Shown here piece after piece: positions 1 through 9,902 of a stretch of 12,909 nt of DNA (the first letter of the stretch is position 1; every line of letters starts with the position of its first letter). The position numbers and the translations under genes were made by a program. This stretch comes from Paraspadella gotoi (lineage: Eukaryota > Animalia > Chaetognatha), in contig CM119267.1 in the NCBI GenBank assembly GCA_051294375.1, forward strand, positions 13,617,018-13,629,926, in the 5' to 3' direction. The notes beneath the pieces were generated by a model that had not been told where the DNA came from, searched no databases, and worked only from the letters and a program-made list of their open reading frames with translations.

Positions 1-153
1 TCCAGTCACGGCGCGGTTACCCTAGGACGGTCTCCTTTGCCAACGCAGAGGGAAGTCGTTAGGACTAGTGGATGGCAACTACCCTGGGATGGTGTGTGTA
101 ACCTCCTCTGAGCCAATGGATGGTGGACGTGAGGCGGTGTGAATATACCGCCA
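1..153 (+). repeat. Structured GC-rich repeat family A, copy 1 (cut by window start)
   Basis: Aligns with 12703-12868 (TCCAGTCAC...GGCGGTGTGAATA..CCGCCA). Differences are small indels plus a 13-nt deletion between two GGAT copies. Similarity stops after CCGCCA at 153. Confidence 0.95.
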
Positions 154-419
154 CAATACCTTGTTATTGACTATTTTTAAAACTAAGGTAGTCATAATTC
201 TGTACTTTATAACTTTGGGCCTCAAAAATATATTTTTTATGCTAGGGAATTGAAAATTATATAGTATACAGTTTTTCAAGGGCTTTCAGGTAATATCAAT
301 ATTATTATTATTTTTTACAAAACTTTTTTATAAATCATTCAGAAAGTAAGACAACTATTTCTTATTCAAAAACATTAAGCTATTGTCTTGAGGATCTGAG
401 AGTTCATTTTTCAAAAGCT

Positions 420-1085
420 ATTCTTGTTACCGGCTCTTCCCTGTCTAGAGCAAGACATGTAGACAGCCCGGACAATAAGATATTGAAGGAGACAGTGACT
501 ATCTGTATGTGATCCAGTGACAGATACCGTTCAAAGGTAAGGCAGTCCTGACTGTCGCATCAGGGCCTGTAACACCTTGTGTTACAGGCGGGTTAAGCGC
601 CGCCGTCCTTCTTAAACTGCTAGGCGGCCACCCGGCTAAGAACCGCCGGACTTTGGGTCTGGGAAGGATTGTTACGGTAGGTGGGATTGTTAGTCACCAT
701 CAACGTATCTATACTAACAAAACCGACGTGTCCTTGTTTTTTCAAAACGTACTCTTCTTTCTCAAAATGTTAAGAATCTTTTCATTCTTCAATTTGTGAT
801 TTTTATTCTAGAGGAAGTGTTTCAATATGGATGATCACGCTTGCAAGGATTAATACTAAACTATTACTCAGTGGGTAAAGGACAATAATTATACACACAG
901 TTTGACGCCCAAACACATCGTCTGAATCTGCACGATAATTAAGCAGTAATGAGGTAATAACGGATGATATGCCAGACGGAATAATTCCTTTCCACCATTG
1001 TGAATCCTTACTGATCATAACAGATCATACCAACCAATAACAAACCAGTGGCAGCGTCAATGACATTGAAATCTCTTGCCAGGGA
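420..1085 (+). repeat. ~670-bp segment containing repeat B (485-700), duplicated at 11352-12030
   Basis: 420-527 matches 11352-11441, 731-905 matches 11789-11940, and 1023-1080 matches 11953-12026. 485-700 also matches the reverse complement of 9845-10088. Confidence 0.9.
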
Positions 1086-1666
1086 CTTTAAAAACTGAAC
1101 TACTACGAGGGTCGCATGTACATTTTTAACTCGCATTATAGTGGTAGATGTAAGCGATATCTCTAAGTCTCAATTGTTTAGAACTTAGATCATAGGAATT
1201 AGATTTATTATATAAGATCGGAGGCGAAGTGGAATTAGTTTGCGAATGCTAGAACCGCAAACAATGTGTAGACGGTTTACTTGAATTTTTATTATTTATG
1301 CTTACTCATAACTCTGTTCTCTCACACTTCCATTACACTAAATTAAAAACATAATCGAAACTTTATCATCGATGCCTCAATCACACACTTTCCTACCACC
1401 ACACCAAATTTCCTCCATCTATTCCATACCAATTTCGATCTCCCAATCTCGACGTAATCACTCGGCTTAAAACATTAGTTACAGATAGTAAATCGTGACT
1501 TGGTTTTTTCCATTAAACTCATTTCCACTCCATCGAAACGATTCTATCAAAACTTTTATCTAGCTAAATCACACACTTCCTAACCCCACCCCACCACACA
1601 AAACAAACAAAAAAAAAAAAAATTTTTTTAATTTCGCAATCCATTCATCAAATACCAATGGGAGTT

Positions 1667-1811
1667 GTTTGATAAGACGCGCCACCCAGACGATATTTTT
1701 GAATCCACCGCACCCGCGACACACAGACCGGATAATTTTTTGATAAGAACGGACACACCAGACGGCATATTTTTTGATAAGCACGCGACACACAGAACGG
1801 ATATTTTTTTT
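1667..1811. repeat. Minisatellite, 4 units of ~30-41 bp
   Basis: Consensus GATAAGCACGCGACACACAGACGGATATTTTTT, with units starting at ~1671, 1701, 1742 and 1776. Confidence 0.9.
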
Positions 1812-1844
1812 TACATATGTTATCGAAAACATCAAGTTCTAGAC

Positions 1845-2100
1845 CGCACCTACAATGTCGGTCTGCCCACGCTCCACCGATCATTACATAAATTAGTTAA
1901 TTTTATCCGAACCAACTCTTTTGTTTTTAGGTCTTTTCGTCACTTACCACGACAAAAGCAACGACGATGGCGATTGACTTGATTGAGTGATTAAATAATT
2001 AATTAATCTGATAAATAACTTCTATTAATTTGACTAATTAATTATTAATTAATTGACATTAATAATCTACAACTGACTCTACACTTCTATCTCTGATTAA
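1845..2100 (-). mobile_element. Non-autonomous Helentron/HINE-like fragment (3' part)
   Basis: Reverse complement of 1921-1970 matches 3110-3167, and reverse complement of ~1845-1886 matches 3936-3978. Terminal hairpin AGACCG(C)AC...GTCGGTCT at ~1840-1864 and a TAATTAA-rich body. The family label is inferred from architecture only. Confidence 0.4.
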
Positions 2101-2869
2101 TTATACATCTTGTAATGTTGTAATTTACATTCTAATATAAAGAAAAATGACGCTTAATCTTTAGTGAAGCAGCGTTTTTGTGTTTCCATTTAACTCATTC
2201 TCCACTCAGACGATTTCCATCGAAACTTGATTCAGCTTAATGCAACCTTTACTTGGCGACACACTGTAGGATTGACCAACGAACCTTTCGGGGTATAACA
2301 ATTTTCTTAGTTCGTGGTTCAATCCTACAATACAAAATTTCAAGTCAATTGCCCATCACTCATCGAGTAATTGTGCGTTCAATAGTGAAAACCATTTTTT
2401 TTCCTTTTAAATTCTTTTCCACTCGCACCGATTCCATCGAAACTTTATATCCAGCTCAATCACACACTTCCCTACCACACACAAAATTTCCTTCCATCAG
2501 GAGATGTGGGAGTGATCGGATTTTTCGCAGCTGCCATCCGGCGGCTTCCAAAGACCCTCCCGCTCCGTTTTCGGGTGCCATCCTACTTTTTTTATAGGCC
2601 GGATCGCTTTCGGTTTCGAGTGCACATCGCTTCCTTCCTTTAGAAATTTTATATTTGTTATTATTTTATAAAAATATTTTCTTTAGACCATGTATTCAAG
2701 TTGGTAGATGATAATTCCAGCAATTTTTTTGTTAACAAATAACAAGTAAAATTTTTACTATGAAAGATTGTAAGAATCGTTCGAGTGGAAATGCAGTTTA
2801 AATGAAAAAAAAAACCTATTTCCTATTTGTTTATTTTTTTTTCTTTTTTATTAAATGTAAACTACAACT

Positions 2870-3240
2870 GCATTAATTATCAATTAATCATTAATTAATC
2901 AATCAGCAATTAACTAATCATCAAAAAATTAATGATCAATTTTTTTAATCAACTCAATCTATTAATTATAATTAATTATCATCAACCTATATAATAAAAT
3001 TTATTTAATCAACGTGATTCATTAAAAGGAATCAGACTTAAAGTTTGATTAAGTCATCGTTTTAATCAATGCAATTAAAATGTCAGTGTTATCATTGTCA
3101 TCAACTCTCCAACGTCGTTGTTGCTTTTGTCTGGTCAGTGAACCTAACAAAAGATCTAAAGAACTAACAGGCCTCATCAATATGAATTTCAGTTATTGAT
3201 CGAATCTCAATCAAATCAGCAATTAATCATGGACGGTGTT
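2870..3240 (+). repeat. Inverted relative of 1875-2100 (AATTAATC-rich body plus conserved GTCGTTG..CTTTTGTC.TGGT.AGTGA block)
   Basis: By-eye reverse-complement alignment of 3110-3167 with 1921-1970. The boundaries are approximate. Confidence 0.7.
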
Positions 3241-3709
3241 ATCGGCTGACTCGTGTCATTTCATCGATAGATGGTAGTGTCGTTTGTTTGAATTTGTGCA
3301 TGTAAGTGAAAAACGAAAAACAACATGTTTGAGCTTACCAATGCATAGAACTGGTATCCAGTTGAATTATTATTCAAATCATTAAAATGCAAATATTTCA
3401 ATCAATCAATCAAATTAAGCAATCAAGTGCAATTTAGTCAATCGTCGGTATTATCATTGTCGTGGATCGCCATCATTAATTATTTATTTTTGAATTATGT
3501 AGTTTTGATGAGATGTGTGCAGTGACATCAAACAAGAAATTTTTATAGAGAAATTGAGGCATGTTTTTTTTTGTATAAAGAAAACTGGTATTATCAAAAA
3601 CAGTAAAAAAAGCAAAAAAAATAAAAATAATAACCGAACAACAACTAGTATTTACATTGGCTGGAAAAGGTCAGCCATAACAAAGGTTGGGGGTAAGAAG
3701 CAGGTCATT

Positions 3710-3980
3710 CTTATTGACCACTACTGTACTACGGGCTGACAAAGTCAAAGACTTTGTCGTCGGTCTTTTCGTCATTGTATTCGTCGTACGTCTGTCTGTC
3801 TTTGTTAAATCATTTGAGCTCACTCCAAATGGCTAGATGTTAATTCCTATTTAATTAATTCAATTGTAATCTAATTAAATAAATATTGTTGATTGTTTCA
3901 AAACTAATTAATTAATTAAAATATTACCGTACTAAATGATCGGTAGGAGATCCGGCATTGTGTTGCCTCAGGATAGTTAT
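3710..3980 (+). mobile_element. Short Helentron/HINE (DINE-1-like) non-autonomous element
   Basis: Perfect 9-bp hairpin GACAAAGTC-AAA-GACTTTGTC (3738-3758), then GTCTGTCTGTC microsatellite (3790-3800), an AT-rich body, and a 3' block AATGATCGGT.GGAG..CCGGCATTGT shared in inverted form with 1845-1886. Confidence 0.45.
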
Positions 3981-4854
3981 TAATATTTTTTGATTTTATT
4001 TTATATATATATTTTATTAGCTTTTTTTGTTCAGATGCAAGAGGGGGAAAAAAGAACGAAGATCAGAGAGAAGAGAGTGGTTAGAGATATAAGTATGTAT
4101 AAGCACAATATTTCAATTATTGCAATAAAGCCAGATCCAATCCTTTTGGTTCCAAACTTGTTTGTAACATGAAAACCTTATGGATTTAAAAAACAGTAGA
4201 CTTAAATTTAAAAAAAAACAAAAAATATAAGAAATAATTTTTTAGTTTTATAGTTAAAAAGTTTTAATTTATATTTTAATTTAACTTATAACTACAGGTT
4301 TTTTCAGCTCAGATTCTTATTTCAATCTATTTAAAAAGATAATTAAAAAAATAATAATTTTTTCTACGATTTTTTGACCAAAGAGGAAGAGAGAACAAAA
4401 GAAAAACCAAAAATAAAAAAGAAATATAAAAGTGAATAAAAAAATTAAGAGGCAACAATTTTAAAATGTTGAAAATAATACTAAAAAAAAATTTTAAAAA
4501 AGAAAAATCAGAAAGAGCACGGAGGTTTCCAAGATTTTAATACATTAAATACTTTCATTCTATACAAATAAAAACAAATGACCAGGAACGAACACGCAGG
4601 GTTAAATTAATGTTCCGGTTCAATCCTTATTCTCATTTTCTATCGCTCACCCGGTTTCGCGGTTCTTCAAAAAATCGGCCGCTTCCACAGTGTTCGCTTG
4701 ACGCGTTATCCGGATCGCGTCACATCTCTGGCTTCGTAATCCAACCATCCATCACCTGATAATTGGAGTTTTTTGCTATAGGTGGGACGGACGGGACGGA
4801 CCCAAATAGACGGACATTTTTTTTGCATAAATCATCATATTCAAATGTTCCTGA

Positions 4855-5171
4855 AGTGGAGGTGGTCGAGATAAAAAATGGCGAAAAAATGAGATGAATC
4901 GATTTAGTTGAAAATCAGAAAAAGCGAATGGAATCGAATTGGTAATTGTACAAAGTGGCATTCTTTTTATATGGCGAGAGCAGAGAAATTTGGTTTTACA
5001 TTTTGTAAAGTAAACATTCTAAAAATACTTCAAATAAGGTAACGTTATTGCGACCGGGCGTTTGAACAGAGGGAGCAAAATATTTCTTAGCGGGCATTGG
5101 AAATTTTTTAAAGATTCGGCCGGCGATTTTATTAACTTTTCTTACTAATAATAATAATCAGGATCTCCACT
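4855..5171 (-). repeat. 3' LTR (317 bp)
   Basis: Collinear over its full length with 5949-6278. Starts AGTGGAG and ends CTCCACT. Confidence 0.9.
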
Positions 5172-5928
5172 TTCGCCACGCACAAGAGAAAGCAAATAAT
5201 TGAGTATCAAAGTAAAACGCAAATAACGAAAATTAAATTAAACGCCACTTTCCTAAAATAAAAGTACACATCGACAGTAACATTCTTTTTGGCAGTTAAA
5301 GCTAAAATGGGCGAAAATATCAAATCGAAGATTTAATCGAATAATTTGGAAAATATACGTAGCGGTTGGTAAATCACACATGAAAATTAAAATTCGAAGT
5401 TCTGATTTAATGAATACGTAAAGACATCACAGTTTGTGATGAAGTTTGATAGCACCCATGAACAAGTGAACAGCACAAACGAGGCACTGATCATTAGACT
5501 TTGAAAAGAGTGATGAACGTAGCATCGTGACGCAGATCCTCTGTGGCGTAGGAGGCATAACCAGTGGCTTATTTTCTCACAGTACAGTACAAGTGACTAC
5601 TCGGTGCACTGTTGCGCAAACGCAAACATGATCCCACTGGTATCAAACACTCCATCTCATCGGCCGATCCACATGGTCCTTTTTCGGCGTCCAAACTTGG
5701 CCCATTAGAACGTGACGCTGACGTGCTCCAGTGGCCCTTTGGATGACGAACCGTTCACCCGCAAAAAATTGATGTTGTTTTCAAGTTGGCAGAAGACTTT
5801 TTAAGAAGCAGGAGAAACGTTAGTTCCAAATTTCGCATATCCACTCAGTGACAGCAAAAAAAAAAAACAACAAAGAATTCATCTTTTTTGGCCATTCTCT
5901 TTGTAGGTGTAATCCCACATTGAGGGGG

Positions 5929-5948
5929 AACCCACCTGCTTGCCATCA
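5929..5948 (-). other. Primer-binding site, tRNA-Leu-like
   Basis: Minus strand reads TGATGGCAAGCAGGTGGGTT immediately after the LTR end. The complement of the 3' end of animal tRNA-Leu(AAG/TAG)+CCA is TGGTGGCAGCGGTGGGAT (recalled), differing by two substitutions and two inserted A. Confidence 0.7.
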
Positions 5949-6278
5949 AGTGGAGGTGGTCGAGATAAATGGCGAACAACAAATGAGATGACTCGAGATT
6001 ATTGAAATCAGAAAAGCGGAATGGAAATCGAATTGGCGTAATTGTAGCAAAGTGGAATTTCATTTTATAATGGCGAGAGAGAGAAAATTTTGGTTTTTAC
6101 ATTTGTAAAGTAAACCATCTAAAAATACTTCCAATAGGTAACGTTTTGGCGACCGGCGTTTGAAAGCAGAGGGAGCAAAATATTTCTTAGCGGGCATTGG
6201 AATTTTTTTTAAAGAAATGTCGGCGGCCGGCGATTTTATTTAACTTTCTAACTAATAATAATAATTCAGGATCTCCCT
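5949..6278 (-). repeat. 5' LTR (330 bp)
   Basis: Direct repeat of 4855-5171, followed on the minus strand by the PBS. Confidence 0.9.
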
Positions 6279-6605
6279 CTGACAGATATATAGTGCATGC
6301 CCGACAGAATGAGGGGGCGACCGACGGACCGACAAAGTGAATCTTTTGCTGATAAGCAGATCCGACCTAAAAATCATATTAAAGATGACACTTTTAAAAA
6401 GAAAGGCAGCTCAAACTGCCAATTTTTTCTTTTGTTTCAGTCGGATTTTGTTTGATTTTCTTTATGTAATACTGGGCCGAGAACGAGGATCTTGTAAATA
6501 ATAAAAATTAAAGCATCATCATTTGAATCTTCGGTACAAACAATAATATTAATACAAGGCCTGGATCAAAGCAAGAATCACAGAAACATTAACCGTCGAA
6601 AAATG

Positions 6606-8524
6606 TTAAGAATGCCTATGCGTCTGTCTATGGCGGTGAACATTTAATAGTTCAGTGCTTCTCATTTTCGTCAATTCGGTATGCATCTCGATAACCAACT
6701 TCAATCGAACGGCGCCAATCGAATTCGCGGTCAACCAATCCAAGGATTCGTACAAAGGAGGCTTTGGATGATTAACCCGCGTGTTCCGAATAAAACGTTG
6801 AGACAAACCGAAAGCCGACCTTTTCTCGAGGAGCTCAGTAAATGCCGTCAATGATAACGCGGGTAGAAACCTTGATAAACTGCTCCGAGGCTAAACGAGG
6901 TTAAATACCAGTGCCCTACGCCAAATATGCAAACCGATATTCATTATTTTAACGGTCACCTTATTTGACGCGGTTGTTTTCTTTTTTATATTTATTTCAT
7001 TCTTTTTTTTTACCAAGCATTCGACCCAAGCGGTAGGTTTATCATTTTTCAATATCGATTTTTCGGTCTAAAATACTTAGTAACACTAACCGTGGCTTAA
7101 GCCGCCTCCCGGAGATGCACCGAAAGCTTTTCACAGCGGCGAGGGCGTGAAAGTCATTGAAAGTCGTTGCCCTCGCAGAAAATGTAAAGGATCCAAAGGT
7201 CAAGGCGATCACCAACAATTGAATAGTCAAGCGTTGAAATGATTGCCAAAATTTGGGATTTAATGATGGTCGAAGGCAGGACAAGTCTCCCACTGAAACT
7301 AAATAGCGTGGTATTGTCAACCAGTTTTCACCAACTTTTCATTGATCTGCTTTAAATTATTGAGCCTTGTGTTTTATTTTTGAAGAAAAAATTTTAATAA
7401 AGTTATAATACCAAGCAATCACGCTAAAAACTTGCTAAAGTAATAGGTTGTCGTTCCCCACTGTAATTCTGGTGCCAATTATAAATCCTCGATTCCCTGA
7501 ACGTAGGTCCGCTGCCAGTCAACGTGGGGCTTGATGGTTGGGTTCTAATTAAGTTCGAAGTCCAGATTGACACATCTGCTGTTTCGACCAAATGTCATTT
7601 TGGAACCAAACACAACCATATTCAGGTTTTCGCTAACAGCTGGATTGTAAACTAAAAAAATAAACATTATAATTTAATGTAACATATGATATGTAGATAA
7701 TTTGAAAATTTGAAAGAAACAGAAAGCAGCCGGGCAAAAAGTTTAGATATGCCTAGGAGCGCTTTTTTCTTTGCCGTTGAGTACTTTTGCCGGCTGTACT
7801 CGGCAACACTTCTTTTGACCGACCTCCAGTTTTTGGGCGGGCTAATTCCGTCTGTGACTTCCCTTGTTCTCCGCTCATCAACTTCCGACAAGCGAGTCGC
7901 CTTTAAAAACAACTCATGATGATGAATCCTCGTCCTCTGTCATCCTCTCGCGGAAGTCGGTTTTCCGATCCACTGAGAGTCGTCGCTAGCATCGTTAGAT
8001 AAGTCTTCATGAACGCTGATCAAGAATTCATTAAACGCAATCCTTCATTATCCGGCACTTTCTTCCCAACGTTCCCTAAGTTCGATTTTAACATTCGGTC
8101 TCAAAACCAGTTCTTAATTGAAAAAACTTCATAACTATCAGTTAAAAGAATTCATAAACACTAAAAATAAATTAAACCTACTCCACATTAACGTCAAAAA
8201 ACGTCTAGACGTTTAGATAATTTGTTCAAGGCCTCGAGCCGTGTTTGACTAACCTCATTTCCGAAAAAAATTACTGCTAATGGCTTGCCTTTCATTTCTG
8301 TTTGCGTGGGCCTGTTATCTTACACGACAATGGTGTGTGAAAGGAATCGTAAAAAGCTCGACCATGCCTAATAAAAACAACAAACAAACAAGGATTATCA
8401 TGAGGTCCAAAATTTCTTCGGAAATATGTTTTTTATAATTACATACTTTAAAAATATTTTAAAGTATACGTTTCGGGCTACCGAAAAAATTAAAAATTTC
8501 AATCGGTTCCGACTCAATACAGAC
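6606..8524 (-). CDS. Sorting nexin of the SNX13/14 (PXA-RGS-PX-Nexin_C) group, 3' part. Multi-exon and frameshifted (sequencing error or pseudogene); 5' end not located
   Basis: Minus-strand peptides in the expected order: YVII (PX strand, ~8445); GNEVSQTRLEALNNYL (8261-8214) and DVYEF (PX helices); NLGNVGKKVPD (8082-8050, cf. recalled SNX14 NLGKIIKSVPG); YLVSVG; IVGDRLDLWI; AAVKSFR; C-terminal LYESLDWLTAN..LVIEMHTELTKM (cf. SNX14 LFDGLQQPVLN..IVIQELFPELNKV). Stop at 6606-6608. Confidence 0.6.
8161..8181 (-). other. 21-nt GT-AG intron candidate
   Basis: GTAGGTTTAATTTATTTTTAG. Removing it deletes an in-frame TAG and joins ...NV-D-VYEF, the end of the PX domain. Confidence 0.6.
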
Positions 8525-9841
8525 AATTATTTTATGCGAGATAATTTTAATTATCGAGTAAAAAAAGTAATTTTGTTCGTATTATTTCAGGAACTGACAA
8601 GCAAAATACAATATATTTATAGTATTATCTTTATAAAATAGGAAATTTTCGAAAAATAATTTTTTATAAATTTCTTTTAACGATCCAGATTTTTTTATAA
8701 AAGTCCAAAAATATAAAACAGTTATAACAATTTTATATGTTTACAGTGTTACAAATTGAAAAAAGTTAAAAATTCGCCCACTTTTTATTCTCTGTAATAC
8801 AGGGTAGGACAAATGAAAAATTATGTGGCGAAACGGTCTCGTGCTGATTTGTTGTCCTTTAAAGTTGTTTCTGAGCCAAATTACTTAATGATTGTTTACT
8901 TTTGGTAATGTACAATTTACTGGACATTATTTGGTTGTCCCTGAACATAACCTTGACCATCCAACAAAAAAGCTAACTAGATCAAAAATGGGAAAAAAGA
9001 TGAAGCAATATAGCAATATAGTCTATATATTTTTACTTTTTTTTCAATTCTTCAAACAAACAACATAAATATTTAAATTATATAAAAAAATTTATTGAAT
9101 GATTCTGAATAGGATTTCGAGGGTTTAGGAAAAAAATTAATCAATTCTAAAAAAATCAGCCTCTCGCCTTTCGATTTTTTTTCTAAAGGCTGATTTTTAA
9201 TTTTTTGATAACTTTGATTTTTCTATGCAAAACCATTATTCTTAAGAATTTCACCTTTTTTGACATTTTAAACGCTGAAGATAACATAATTTTTGATAAC
9301 ATATTTTTATATTTTTGATTCACTATTTTATAAGAATAATTACTACAAATATATTATATTTTAGCTATTCTGTTCCCGAATAATAATGAAAAAATATTTT
9401 TTGTATGATGAACAAGGATTTTAGATGTGAGATATAATGATTAAGTGCTTCCACTCTAATGGCCATCAGTCATAATAAAGATAAGCATGTCCCAGTAATA
9501 TTTTTAATTGAGTTTTTAATTGCTCTTTAAAATTTCTTTTAGCATATAAAGGTGCTTCAGCACGTATATTGTTGGTTTGGGCATGCTACATTGTTGCTTA
9601 CATTACCCTTATATTATGGCTCTAATCGACTGGGCTTTTTGTGCACGGTTTCCCGACCTAGAATACTAGGTTATTCCTATTCTTATAACCTACTTAAATT
9701 ATATAACAAAAACGACTAGGGAATGTTAACATATTTTAGTATGTTTTTAAGCTGAAATCCGAGGCGGGATAAAATTCAACCAACATTTGCCTTCTACTCG
9801 TACCGTTGGAGTATTGTTCAACGTATGAAGAAAAAAATAAA

Positions 9842-9902
9842 TCCTCTATGGTGGGACTAGAATCCACCAACCGTTATCAGCGGCCATTGGTGCCCCGGAG
9901 GC
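9842..9902 (-). ncRNA. tRNA-like module lacking a D-arm (not a canonical tRNA gene)
   Basis: GCCTCCGGGGCACCAAT-GGCCG-CTGATAA-CGGTT-GGTGG-ATTCTAGTC-CCACC-ATAGAGGA: a 7-nt CT-GAT-AA loop, a T-arm-like hairpin and a partial acceptor stem CCTC/GAGG. Confidence 0.3.

Larger units (their letters stand above)
1352..2498. repeat. Dispersed ~70-100 bp direct repeat, 4 copies (~1352-1419, 1505-1603, 2183-2240, 2400-2498)
   Basis: Shared core TTCCATTAAACTCATTTCCACTC..CGATTCCATCGAAACTTTAT.CAGCTCAATCACACACTTCCTACCACAC.AAATTTCC, present whole or in part in each copy. Confidence 0.85.
4855..6278 (-). mobile_element. Non-autonomous LTR retrotransposon (TRIM-like or internally deleted Ty3/Gypsy type), 1424 bp
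   Basis: Direct repeats at 4855-5171 and 5949-6278, bounded by inverted termini AGTGGAG...CTCCACT (the right copy lacks one A). Identical CTGA flanks both ends (4851-4854, 6279-6282). A tRNA-like PBS abuts the right LTR on the minus strand. No intact ORF inside. Confidence 0.88.

Noticed and set aside
1667-1811. CRISPR-like array
   Set aside because: The units are contiguous degenerate copies with no unique spacers, there are no cas genes, and the context is eukaryotic.
79-4961. Short ORFs of 60-114 aa
   Set aside because: They lie in repeats or low-complexity DNA, several start at non-ATG codons, and none has a recognisable domain.
5626-5715. Integrase-like GIKHSISS...GPLER on the plus strand
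   Set aside because: It is antisense to the PBS-defined orientation, the spacing is about five residues too long, and no upstream catalytic Asp motifs are visible.
7420-8210. TAA/TAG reassignment (ciliate-type code) to explain in-frame stops
   Set aside because: TGA stops and frameshifts also interrupt the gene, so sequence error or decay is enough to explain them.
9860-9885. Hammerhead core at CTGATAA (minus)
   Set aside because: It is not CUGANGA and there is no matching GAAA. It fits better as a hairpin loop.
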